A stretch of 61,752 bases of DNA, the filler included, from Jimgerdemannia flammicorona (Eukaryota), in NCBI GenBank assembly GCA_003990765.1. It is 2 parts of 2 records of this genome, joined end to end, with 100 filler letters (N's around TTAATTAATTAA, not from the genome) between each part and the next. Parts side by side here need not be neighbours in the genome. Positions count along the whole stretch, not along the records: positions 1 to 30,836 come from RBNJ01000422.1; 1 more part is not named here. One strand, written 5' to 3'. The number at the start of each line of letters is the position of its first letter. The stretch's first letter is position 1. This document shows positions 10,526-22,600 of the stretch, piece after piece. A program made the translations under genes and the position numbers. The notes beneath the pieces are model-generated. The model was given only the letters and a program-made list of their open reading frames with translations, was not told the origin of the DNA and searched no databases.

Positions 10526-12679
10526 ATGGATCCACCAGAGCTCTCCGTTCAGCAGCTATCGCTTTCACAACAACCCTCTCATCAAACCTCCACCGAGAGT
10601 ACACCCAGCTCGTCCGAAACCCCTTTCAACTCCCTCAAACGCATCACCCTTTCCGAACTCAGTCAGGGCACTGTCCAACATGGCTGCGTCCTCGTCTGCC
10701 GCACTATCGGCACAGCCACGACCAGTGTTGCCGTCAATGTGGAGATTGAGGACCCGATCGTGGACGAGGGACCACCTGCTGCACAGGAGACGAAAGTCGC
10801 GAGGGCCCAGCTGTCGCTCTACAACTTTGCAAGCGTCCTCTCTGATGGAGCTGACGTGATGCCTCCCGGGATCCGCCTTTTCATCAGGGAACCAAACTAC
10901 GAGATTGACGCGTCGAACGGCCTCCCGATGCTTCGGAGCGATTCGCCGGACGATGTGATCCTGGTGCCGAACGAGCAGGTGGACGGACCGTTGTTGGCCG
11001 GATTGCGGTGGTCCGACGCGGTGTCAATAACATATGGCAAGCCGCAAATCAAAAACGCCGCCGTCCTGCAACGGAGAGGCAACGAACAATTCGTCGCCAA
11101 GGACTATGCATCAGCTATCGAAAGCTATACTCAAGCCTTGGAAGTGGAGCCGAACGACGTCGTACTGCTATCCAACCGAGCTCAGGCATATCTGAATCTC
11201 CAGCAGTTCTGGCACGCGCTGCAGGATGCCGAGGCGGCTGTCAAGATCGATGGCGCGAATACGAAGGCGTTGTTTCGTCACGCTAAGGCGCTATATGGCA
11301 TGCGATTGTACAAAGAGGCGTCGAATAGCTTGCAAAAGCTGAGTACACCGACTCCAGAGACGCGAGAATTAACTCGACGCACGCAACAGCGGCTCGAAGA
11401 ACAAGAGCATGGTCGGTACGACGTCTTTGGCATTTTGAAAGATGCCCAGTCGATGCGGATGCCCTACTTGGACAATGCCAATTACGTCGGGCCCGTGCGC
11501 ATCACCGAGATCCCCGGGAAAGGCCGTGGAATGGTGGCGACGAAGGAAATCGCGGAAGGAACATTGCTCATGTGCTCCAAGGCCTATTCAATAATTTACG
11601 AGGGCGAGCTGGCCGAAATGAATTGGTCCGACTCGCTGCCACCCCCCATCATCATCAAGGTCGTTGAGAAATTGCAGGCAGAGCCGTGGACGGCCGCCGA
11701 ACTCTACAACCTTTACGCCGGCCCCACCATGGCACCCATAGCTGTCGATGTCACAAACACAGCAGAGGAAATTCAAATCGATTTTTTACGCATCAACAAT
11801 ATTGTTTGCGAAAACTGCTTTAGGGTCGACGGCGATCCCTGGCCGCAGCTTTCTTCCCAGCCAACAACACTGCAGGCAAAAAATCGTACCTCCGCCGCCG
11901 CTGCGTTCGATGAGGAAGTCGGCAAGGGTTCTGGGCTCTGGGTCCTCCCCTCATACCTCAACCATTCCTGCCTCGCCAACGCAAGCTACCTCAATATCGG
12001 CGACCTCATGTTCATTCGTGCGATTCGCGGCATCAAGGAGGGCGAGGAGATCTCCGTGGCGTACGTACCAGCCTTGGATACTTTTGCAGAGCGCACGAAA
12101 AAGCTCCAACGACGCAACTTCGATTGCATGTGCCAGCTCTGCGAGTTTGGGCGGGCACAACCAGAGGCGGCGCGTCGCCGCAAGGAGCTGCTCGACGAGT
12201 TCCACGTGATACAGCCGGCTATTCGAAAAGGCGAACTGTCCATGTTGGCGCCCCTGACCAACATCATTGACAAGATTCGCAAGACGTACGCAGTCGCTGA
12301 CAAGACGGCATCCACCGGCCCGCGCAAGAAGGGAAAAAAGAAGGTTGTCGCAGTCGATGGCGAGCTTCAGCCTCATCAGCTCCATCTCGAGCTTTTCCGG
12401 CCGCTATCCGCCTACTCCCACATGAAGGCTTGCCGTGGGGACTTCAGCAAGGCAGCCGAGGCGCTCCTCGAGGCGTTCGACACGCTACCGCGCATCGCCG
12501 GCATTGCGCTCGCCCGCGCCGACGTCGCCATACAGATCGGAAAGATGTACTCGATGCAGCGGAAGATGGATGAGGCGAGGCGGTGGCTCAAGGTGGCGAA
12601 GAAGGAGTTTGAGTTGATTTATGGTGAAAATCATGGGATTTGGCAGGAATATGTCGGTGATTTCACGTCCAATATGTAA
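10526..12679 (+). CDS. TPR + SET domain protein (SMYD-like lysine methyltransferase), intronless, 717 aa
   Basis: TPRs (RGNEQFVAKDYASAIESYTQAL; LLSNRAQAYL; KALFRHAKAL), SET motifs GKGRGMVATKEI, LNHSC and EEISVAY, post-SET FDCMCQLC, and a C-terminal TPR-like helical region. Confidence 0.92.
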   Translation: MDPPELSVQQLSLSQQPSHQTSTESTPSSSETPFNSLKRITLSELSQGTVQHGCVLVCRTIGTATTSVAVNVEIEDPIVDEGPPAAQETKVARAQLSLYNFASVLSDGADVMPPGIRLFIREPNYEIDASNGLPMLRSDSPDDVILVPNEQVDGPLLAGLRWSDAVSITYGKPQIKNAAVLQRRGNEQFVAKDYASAIESYTQALEVEPNDVVLLSNRAQAYLNLQQFWHALQDAEAAVKIDGANTKALFRHAKALYGMRLYKEASNSLQKLSTPTPETRELTRRTQQRLEEQEHGRYDVFGILKDAQSMRMPYLDNANYVGPVRITEIPGKGRGMVATKEIAEGTLLMCSKAYSIIYEGELAEMNWSDSLPPPIIIKVVEKLQAEPWTAAELYNLYAGPTMAPIAVDVTNTAEEIQIDFLRINNIVCENCFRVDGDPWPQLSSQPTTLQAKNRTSAAAAFDEEVGKGSGLWVLPSYLNHSCLANASYLNIGDLMFIRAIRGIKEGEEISVAYVPALDTFAERTKKLQRRNFDCMCQLCEFGRAQPEAARRRKELLDEFHVIQPAIRKGELSMLAPLTNIIDKIRKTYAVADKTASTGPRKKGKKKVVAVDGELQPHQLHLELFRPLSAYSHMKACRGDFSKAAEALLEAFDTLPRIAGIALARADVAIQIGKMYSMQRKMDEARRWLKVAKKEFELIYGENHGIWQEYVGDFTSNM

Positions 12680-15600
12680 TGATTCGAGCTGACGAATGGG
12701 TAACTCGAAGGGAACGTATGTGAAGAAAAGAAAGAAATAAAGAGATAATTACTGATCCCGTGAAAATCCCCGTGACGCGTGACGCGCGATAAACCAACAT
12801 CGCGCTACCTCTCCCCACACCTCCTTCTCGCTCTGTTTCTCACCTCAAGTATGTACCCCCTCCCTGTCTTTCGTTCCCTCGTCTTCTTTATCTTTTATAT
12901 ATATATATCACACCCGCTATCCACCGTCAATCCTTCAAGCTAATGAATGGTACAACACCTTTGGGCAACAGTTTCTCCTCTCACGTCTCACCAGCTGTAC
13001 CCAGGCTACCGGCATTCGCGACGAATATGCGTTTTATACTCAATGGAAGGCTATTGAATGGAGGTCTTGAAGGGTAAGTGTACTTGTCCGCAGGGATTCT
13101 TACAGTGCTTGAATCGCGCGCGACACGCGTTGAGATCTACTGAGCGGAGGGAGAAGATCAATGAGCTGCGAGAATTGCTGGTGCTTTCGGAATCGCCATG
13201 AGATGCTTGCTGCTTTTGTGATACTGGTTAACTCATTCGACTCGGTTTATTTGTCCTTTATTTTAATTTTTTTTTATTTTATATTTTATTTTTTTTTATT
13301 TTTTTTCGCAGGTTTGGTTGAACACCAATAATTATGGTGCGTATATCGCAGACGCGTTTGTATATCAGTCGTTATGTGTCGTGTGAGTTAATGCAAGTCT
13401 AAGCATCGTGTTTGTGTGGTTTGTGTGAAACCATTGTAACAGTCAAGGCGTGTGTTCATCGATGCATTACTATTCACGTAAACTGTGGACTCTAGCTGAT
13501 GGTTTTTATATTTGACAGATTCCCTACAAATTCACACACTTCTCATCACTATCTTCCAACCATACGGCTACCGTATGGGCGGCGCACATTCTAGTGCGAG
13601 GGAGGCGTGTCTCAATTTTTAAGATAAAGGTATGCGGGGGACTTTGCGGAAGGGGGGATAGGGATCGGGAGACTGAGGAGATGTAATAAGTAATTTGTCT
13701 CATATTTTACACGATTGTTGTCATTATGTCCGAGTACGCTTTATCCCAGCTCACGTTCTCAGGCCCTTCTCCGCTTTCTCTCCCCCCCCTTTTTTTTTCT
13801 TCTTCTCCCTGCACACAACACAGCGCCTCTCAATCCTTTCTCCAGCCCACCGATGCTCGCAAAGGTCACCCCGCACATGCGTCAGTAACATCGGCAACAG
13901 TATGTCTACCCTTCAACAAATTCCCCATAGCGAATTCTGACAACGACGCAGCCCTCCTGATCATTGTCTCTTTGGCCGGTAACAAGACCTACCGCCCTTG
14001 CTGCATCCATGTCCCGCGACTCTCTTCGCCACGCAGATCATCGTCACGTGTTAACCGTCACAGTTTGCCCGAGACCCTCACTAACACATCGAGAAGGGCG
14101 CCAAAGAGGAAGAGGTGCCGGGGAAAATTGAGTGAGTTTGTATTGCAAAAAGCCGGGTGTAGAAAGGTGCATATACTTCCTCTTTTCTTTTTATTTTATT
14201 TGAAGATTCTGATTTTTCCAATGGAGAGTACGTGGGAGGGAGAGGGAGAACACGGTGGTAAGATTCCATTTTCCCATTCACTTAGGCCATTCACATTGTT
14301 TTTCGATAATTGCATTTTTTGTACAGGCAGCTCCTGATCAACTGGGCTCAGAAATTCGCGTCTATTACTACAACCTATTGACACAGAGGACGGCTAGGAC
14401 GTTCACCCATAGCTGTTTGTCCATTTACGTCAAGAGTGATTATTTTCATTCTTTTGCAGTCGCCACCTACCCGTTACCATTCCTCTACCCTCTTCCACTC
14501 TTCTGCATATTGAGGGTATTAATTATTTTAGATCCGTCCTGAGCACTGACGTTAAACTGCTCATTCGAATTTATACTCCTTCCTTTTTTTAATATTTAAT
14601 CGTTAAACTGTTCATTCGAAGTTACTGCCCGTTCCGTTTATATTATTTAAATATAGTGTAGGATTCTATTCCTCTTTTTATAGTGGCCATCTTTCACCTG
14701 CTCGTTTCCGTCTTTCTTTTGCATTGGTAACTTGTACTGCCATCTGCTTGCTTCCACTATCTGGCCGTCTGTTCGCTTGTTTCCGTTCCCATAATTGTTT
14801 CGATGATCAAATTGAAATTAAGGAAGATAATTCATCAAATGCGTGTTGACATGGTTTGGCGATTGTGAGGATGAATGTGTGTGGGGTCCGCAAACTGGAA
14901 GGCCCCAAATCAAAAGGAAATTGGAAGACGGACCATAGAGCACTTTTTATCGTCTTGAACTGAAGGGTGAGCGCGTAGTCCGAGTACTTCTTGCACTCGT
15001 ACTTGCCGTTTTCAAGCGAAATAGGAATGGGTTAACACCAGAATCCGAGTCACCGAAAGCTGGACATGATGCGTCGTCGTTGGTTGACACTCCTGTAACT
15101 GGCGACGGATGTGGTAGTGTGATGTGCAACGAATTAGCGTTGTGCGGAATGTGATTTTTTATTGGAATTGTGAATCGTTTGCGAGCGTTGCGTGATTCTT
15201 TAATCGGTATTGTGCGAATCCGAACGTCTGCATAATGCGATCGAGTTCGGAGACACACACATCGGCTCCCAATGCATTCTCGGTGGTAGCCCAGCATCGG
15301 GTCTCAGTAGTCGGCGAGGATGCACACAGAGATTTGATGGCACACGAAAATCTACCGCGTGCAGCATGGAAAACATTACGCTTCGCCTTGGAAAACCCTC
15401 GCGATCTAGAAACCCAACGTCGTCGCGATTGGGGTGGCTGGAATGGTTCTTCAATGGCATTCCGAGAGAGCTCGCATCCAAGTCGTCAAAACCGAACTTG
15501 TACTCGTGGGGTTCTACGAATTGGTGTGCTGCAACCAGGCGAATGACATGAAAGGACCAACCAAATATGAAGATTGTAATTACCGTTCGCAATTTGAAAA

Positions 15601-15762
15601 ATAACTTTATTATCGTCGGTTTCATTTCCATGGACCCATCACGCCAAAAATAACAAAGAACTAATCTATATCAACTGGCACTGCCCATCACAATTATTTG
15701 AACCTCTGCTACCTCAGTCGTAAAACGACTGAGCTCTACAAATTGGATTGATGGCATTCCAT

Positions 15763-17424
15763 CTAAATTTTCCTAGATTTGGACGTCTTGGAGCTGGTGC
15801 CAATTGGCCCCAACAACCTCTCACCAATTGCCAGAGCCCGTTTGTGCAGCAGCTCCGCCTTGTCGTGCCGGCCTTGCCTGCTGTAGAGATCGGTCAGACC
15901 TTTGAGAGATGACGCCGGGTCGCGGTGCCCTGGTCCAAACACCTTCTCGCGGATCGCCAGCGCCCGTTCGTAAAGCAGCTCTACCTCCTCGTACTTGCCC
16001 TGGCTGTTGTAGAGGGCTGCCAAATTGTTTAAAGACGACGCCGTGTCGGGGTGCTCTGGCCCCAACACCTTTTCGCGGGTTGCCAACGCCTATTGGTGGA
16101 GCGACTCCGCCTGATTGTCCAAAGTTGAAGCTGTGCTCGGGAGCTCCAGTCCCAACGCCTTCTTGCGGATCATCAGTGCCCGTTCGTACAGCGGCTTTCC
16201 CTCGTCGTACTTGCCTTGGGGTTCGTAAAGCCAAGCCAGATTGTTAAGACACATTGCTGTGTTCGGGTGCTCTGGTCCCAACACCTTCTCGTTGATCGCG
16301 AGCGCCCATTGGTACAGCAGCTCCGCCTCATCGTATTTTCCTCTGCTATTGTAGATCCCGGCCAGATTGTATAGGGATAACGCCGTGGCGTGATGCTCTG
16401 ATCCGAACACCTTTTCATTAATTGTCAGTGCTCGTTTGCATAATTCCTCCACCTCGTCATACTTGTCCCGGTGTCCGTAGAGCAGAGCTAGATTGTTCAG
16501 AGTTGTTGCTGTGTTCGGGTGCTCTGGCCCCAACAACTTCTCTTCGATTGCCAGCGCCTGTTTGTACAGCGGCTCTCCCTCGTCGTACTTGCTTTGAGCT
16601 CCGTAAGCCCAGCCAAGATAAATTGTGGTATTCGGGTGCTCTGGCCCCAACAACTTCTCTTCGATTGCCAGCGCCTGTTTGAACAGCGGCTCTCCCTCGT
16701 CGTACTTGCCTTGAGCTCCGTAAGCCCAGCCAAGATAAATTGTGGTATTCGGGTGCTCTGGCCCCAACACCTTCTTCTCGTTGATTGCCAGCGCCCGTTT
16801 GAACATTGGCTCAGCTTTGTCGTAGTTGCCCTGTCTTTGGTAGAGCCCAGCCTGATTGTTCAGAGTTGTTGCTGTGTCTGGGTGCTCTGGTCCTAACACC
16901 TTCATGTAGATCGCCAGTGCCCGTTGGAACAGCATCTCTGCCTTGTCATACTTGTCTTGGCTTTGCTAGAGACAAGCCAAAAATATCGCTGTGTCTGGGT
17001 GCTCTGGTCCTAAAACCTCTTCGTGGATTACCAGAGCCCGTGGTACAGCGGCTCCGCCTCGTCGTACTTGCTCTGTCTTTCGTAGAATATAGCCAAATTG
17101 TTTAGAGTTTCTGCTGTGTCCAGGTTCCCTGTTTTATGTGTAGCTTCTGGACACAGCCACCCGCGCAAGTCCTTTGGCGTGGTGAATAGTACCATTATTC
17201 ATCAAATACCGAACTGTTCATCCAAGCAAACGCAAGAGAAGATCTTGGAACTCTACAGCCATTTTATCCTGATCTTTGAGTTGCGCAACAATATGTCGGA
17301 TGTGAGGAAGATATCCCTCGCTTATCTTTCGGGTCTGAGAAACATGATACTCATCAGAGACTACTTTCATGCTTAGTGTAGCAATGTTGTACTGTATCTG
17401 CTGCAGATACTCATCGTTGTCCAT
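15763..17424 (-). pseudogene. TPR-repeat protein (kinesin-light-chain-type 42-aa TPRs, as in fungal NLR-like proteins), disrupted and 5'-truncated
   Basis: About ten LGPEHPDTATTLNNLA..Y..QGKYDEAE.LY.RAL repeats. In-frame TAG at 16090-16092, further stops and frameshifts near 16970-17130, and the upstream part runs into AT-rich repeat DNA. Confidence 0.85.
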
Positions 17425-17738
17425 TGTACCATAAATAACAATTTGAAGTTATCTTTTGATAGATTCTCTTTATAAAGGTTGTCTCAGCTACTTGGTCTTG
17501 AATAGTATCTGCATAGTCTGTAAAAACTATTTGGTATCAGATTTATATATAGAAAGTATTTGGATTCTTTTTCATTTCTTAGAAAATTATGTTAAGTTGA
17601 TTCTTTAAAACTTATTTGATTTTATCAGTATAGTAGATATTTTACAGCCAAGTTTTCTATATCTACAAGATTGTAGTATTATTATTTTCAATATAATTTA
17701 TAACTATAAGTATAGTTCTTACTGAGCCTCAGAGGTAT

Positions 17739-19321
17739 TGTCATGTAGTGGTCACTGAGTTTTTCAAATACACCAGTTTCTCTTCAAGGTGTATCTCTTA
17801 GACTAACTCAAGTTTGTTATAAGCAAGTTCTTATTGGAGTGCCTTCCCAAGGTCTTATAGTCCTCAAACTTCTTATCTTTAACTATCTTGTTATCTCTTA
17901 GATTGCTTGCAAGAAAGTATGTATATTGTACTGAGAAGACTGACTTTATTTCAGAGGAAATAAGAGGGGTATTTATACAAAATATAATTCAATGGTTGCT
18001 AAGATATAAAGCTAAATATAAATTCCAATAACTAAAACTACTAAGTTCCAGGGTCAGTACTGATAGTTGTATAGGTTCAGGATGCTGGTATAATTCAGTA
18101 TCACATCAGAATACCGGTGCTGGTATTATTTAGTATTACATCAAAATACCAGTACTGGAACAATTCTGCATCACCTCAGAATGCCAGTGCTAGCATTATC
18201 CAGTGTAACAAGGGACTTAGAGCAGAAAGTTCAGGACTATTGGGGCTTCATTCTCATCATCAGAGGTCAGGATATCTTCAAAGGAGATGAGATCTATGAA
18301 TTTATCATATAGGTCACACATTTCATATACTTTGCATACTTCATCGCATATTTTGTATATGTCAAAGTTACATGGAATGATGTCATCACCAATGATGTCA
18401 TCACATTCAGCAGTAGGGAAATTGAGAACAAGGAGATCTGGAGCTCTCCAGTCTATGAGGTTCTCTTCCACAAAATAGGGGACAAATATGGGGTCTTGGG
18501 GAGGTCTAATCTGGATGCTTGGGCCTTGGAATACTGAGATCAATCCTTGTAGAAATTGGTCTGAGTTGTCCTGGAGGATTGGATGCCAGAAGTCTTCTAC
18601 TTCATCACTGTTGAGGGTGATAGTGGACTGGTTCTCTGTAGCCACCCTGGCTTCTAGTGCATTGATACAGCAGGATGACAGATCTCTGAAATCTGAGACT
18701 CTAACATACTCCAAGTTGGGGATCAACTATGGTGCATGTCTGAAGATCTGATGGATCTTCTTAGCTATTCTTGTTTCATATATATCTATAGGAGTGACAT
18801 CTTATAGCTCTTGAGTACTGGTCTGTGGGAACTCCCGGCAGAGGAGGTTTCCTATTTTGTACTCCTGTCACATTTGGAGGTATTCAGTGGCAATGGTGAT
18901 TCTTGTTTCCATTTCATGGTGGTAGAGAATATAATGATAAGGGTCACCAGTACCCAGGTTGACACTAGGAGTCCTTCTTGAGTGGGTCCTCATAGCTCTT
19001 TTGATGTCTTGGAATATCCTTTCTTCAACTGAGGTACCTTGGTAATTCCTTGACCTTGAGGTTTGGTGGGCAGTAGGCATTTTGTTTATAGTAAGTCTTT
19101 GAGCTATTTTGGGATTAGTGGGTCTTGTTGGTTACTACTACTGCAGTTTCTTGATCCTTCTTTTATATTTCTCAAGATACTTATATTGTGGTCACAATGA
19201 CTCACAGTTGGTCATCATTGCTCATCTCATATGCCGTATAATCTTTTGTGCTCCAATCTGGTGGCTTGTAAGGAAAGACTGTCTCCTGTACTGATGTTAT
19301 CATTCTGGGGTCACTGTTACA
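17739..19321 (-). repeat. 3' LTR of element A
   Basis: TG...CA termini; direct repeat of 25020-26601. Confidence 0.95.
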
Positions 19322-19395
19322 TCTTCCTCCTAAATAAGAATCTTTCTGAGCATCCTTATTCATTAGTCCAGTCCTGAAAAATTTGCTGATCCCAT
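18217..19395 (-). pseudogene. Accessory ORF of element A (~390 codons), starting upstream of the PPT and running into the 3' LTR
   Basis: ATG 19395, ORF 18868..19080 and ORF 18217..18726 share one frame. The interrupting stops are all TAA/TAG/TGA reachable by single transitions, and the other LTR has TGG at the 18868 stop. Confidence 0.65.
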
Positions 19396-19699
19396 AACCT
19401 CTGAAAAGGGGTCAAAAAGTGGTATTTATAGGCTGGCATCTTCTCTTTATATTTTGGTGTAATAGTGAAGGGTCACTCCCTTCATATAGAGCAAGGGCCT
19501 GATTCTGATCTTGATCAATCAGTTGATAGTTTGAACTCCTCTGACTTTGAAAGTCTTACAGATGAATAGTTGTCAGTACTGTATCCCTTAGAGAATGGTC
19601 CAGACAGATAGCCTACTGGTTATGAGACATGCTGTTATGATTCATGAACTAGTACCTCACAGGCAGTCATCACATTTTGCTTCTCTTGTATAAGTTCAT

Positions 19700-22600
19700 G
19701 GTACTTCTTGAGTCTGTTCCTATGTACCATGGTAGGCAGTATGGTCTCTGAGATTTTTCTAAGCCAGAAGGTGGTTCTTTTGATATCTTGCACATAGAAG
19801 GGTTCTTCTCATTTGGGCTCCAGTTTTCATGACCATAAGGCTTCTACTATATTTTGATACAGTAGAACCTTTTCTCTGATTCAGATGGGTTCTAGGGTCT
19901 TATGATTCTTTTCCACATTCTTCTTTGTCAGCACTTGTAACTTGGTGATATAATCTTCAGCCTTCTTCCTGATTTGGTATAGTCTCCAGATTTCTGCATC
20001 AATCTGTCTCCAAGTTAGGTCTATATTTGTGACTGAGATTCCATCAGAATCTTCTTCTCTGAAGAGCAACTCTCTTGGGGTAAAGTGTGTGCTCTGTAAC
20101 TGTATGTCTTGTAGAACAGAGAGGGTAGTTGGGAGATAGTTATCCCAATTCTCATATATCTCTGAGATTTTCACTAAGATGTTCTTAAGGGTCTTATTGG
20201 TTCTCTCTGTCTGTCCATTTCCTTGAGGGTGGTACACAGTGGTCTTGATGTGCTGGATCTTATATTTCTGATACATTATCTCATGGAATCCATTGACAAA
20301 TTCTGTGCCATAGTCTGTTGTGATTTGCTTCAGTATCTTGTAGTGACATATGATTTCTCAGTATAGAAAGTCAGCTATAGAGAGAGCATTGGTCTCTTGT
20401 AATACTCCTGCCTCTATCCATTTAGTGAAGAGATCTACAATAACTATAATATAGTAGTTTCCTGATAGTGTTACTGGTAGTGGCCCAATGATATCTATTG
20501 CAATGTAGTGAAAGAGGATAGGCTCAATTCTTGATGACCTGGGTGCCTGGTCTTGCTGATCTTGTTTCTGTTTTTGGTACTTGTCATACCCTTTGATAAA
20601 TTGGCATGGTCCTCTTCCATCTTGGGCCACTATATGGTTCTTCTTGCTTTGTTGTATGTGTTGATTCCTCCTAAGTATCCTTGCTCATATACTTTATTCA
20701 TTACTTGATACTTCTTGTATTTGGGTATTACTAGCTTTCCTCCTTTTCTGAGAGTAGTGTTATCTAGTTCAAACTGTTTCCAAGTCCGGTTGATGATGGT
20801 GATTGTCCAGGATTTGAGGTGGTTGGGCATCTTCTACTGCCCAAGGTAGCTGATTAATCAATAGTATAGCTTCTTATTCATATTAAATAGTCTTGATGGG
20901 AGTGTTTTGGGGCATCCTTGAGAGTGCATCAGCATTGGTGTTGGTCTTTTCTGAGTAGTGCTTGACAGTACAGTCATACTCTTGCAGCCTGTAGATCTAT
21001 CTAGCATATATTCCTTTGGGGTTCAGAGTGTGGAATAGCCAGACAAGAGCAGAATGGTCTGTTTGAATGGTGAAGTATTTCTCAGCTAGGTAGTAGTGGA
21101 ACTTGTCTACTGCCCAAACTACTGCTAAGCATTCAAGCTTGCATGACTTGTAGTTCTGTTCTGCTCCATGGGTACCTTGGCTTGCATAGGAGATGACATA
21201 TTCATGTCCATCTTTCTTCTGAGCTAGGACTGCTCCAAGTCCTATAGCACTCGCATCTGTCTGCAGGATGAATTCTAGGTTCCAGTCTGGTCTTCTGAGG
21301 ATAGGTGCTTGGGTCAACCTAGTCTTGAGTTCATTGAAGGTTTTTTGGTACTCCTTAGTCCATTCGAATTGGGTTTCCTTCTTCAGTAGCTTGTAGATAG
21401 GTGCTGCAATATTGGAATATCTTTTGATGAATCTTCTGTAGTAGCTGGCCAGTCTAAGGAAGGCATGGACTTCTGTGGTTATTCTGGGTCTTGGGTAGGC
21501 TGCAACAGCCTTGATCTTCATGGAGTCTGTGTGGATTCCAGTCTGGTTGATGAGGTGTCCTAGATAGGTGATTTCTTGAGTTACAAACTTGTATTTCTTG
21601 GGCTTGATATAGAGGCCATGCTTCTTGAGCTTCTTGAGGGCTAGCTGTATGTGATTGATATGTTCCCATACAGTATTGCTGAAGATGATCACATCATCAA
21701 TATAGACAAAGAGACATTTTCCAATCTTGTTGCTGAAGACTCTGTTCATCATTTACTGGAAACTTGCTGGGGCATTGCACATTCCAAATAACATTCATAG
21801 GTAGATATAGGTGGTATCAGGTGTGATAAAGACTGATTTCTCACTGGTATCTTGAGTGAGACCAATCTGATAGAAGCCTGAGAACAGATCCAAGATGGTG
21901 TAGTATTTGGCTTCACTTCTGAGAGTGGTAAGGATTTCTTGAATATTTGGCAAGGGCTGCCTATCCTTCTTGGTGATGGCATTGAGCTTCCTGTAGTCAA
22001 TGTAGAGTCTTAGTATGAACTCTCCAGGTTTGCTTCCTTTCTTTGGGGCAAGGACAATGGGTAAAGTCCAGGGGCTGATAGCTTGCTTGATGATTTCAAC
22101 TTCTTCCATTTCCTTGAGTTCTGCTCACAGCCACTCTCTGTAGGCAGGTGGTATTGGTCTGGCTTTCTGATAGATAGGCTTGGTATCACCAGTGTCAACT
22201 TCGTGATAGTACTTGGGTTCTTAATTGTAGATATCCCTAAAGTCTGTAGTAAGTACTCCTTCATTCTGGTGCAGGATCTTGAGATGTTGTTCCTCCAGGG
22301 GAAAGTTTTCTCCAATGGTATATGTGTGCTTGTTCTGGTCTTTGTCTTTCTTGTGCTCAAGTTCAGTAATCTTGGTAGCAGCATAGGCTCCTCTTCCAGT
22401 AGATCCAAAGCCTTGTTCTCCTCTCTTCATCTTGATGAGTTCGATGGCTTCTATGATCTTGGGCTTCTTGACTTCGTGGATCAGCATCTGGCCAATCCTG
22501 TCATGCTTCTTGACTTCAAATAGGGTAGTGGGTTGTGATTTCTGACTATAAGGAAGATCTCACTGGTGTAATCAGGGTCAATTACTCCTCCTTCAACTGA

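Noticed and set aside
13695..15631. ORFs 13726..14337 and 15200..15631 as genes
   Set aside because: Low-complexity or intron-like content and no recognisable motif; an unresolved spliced gene is possible but I cannot support it.
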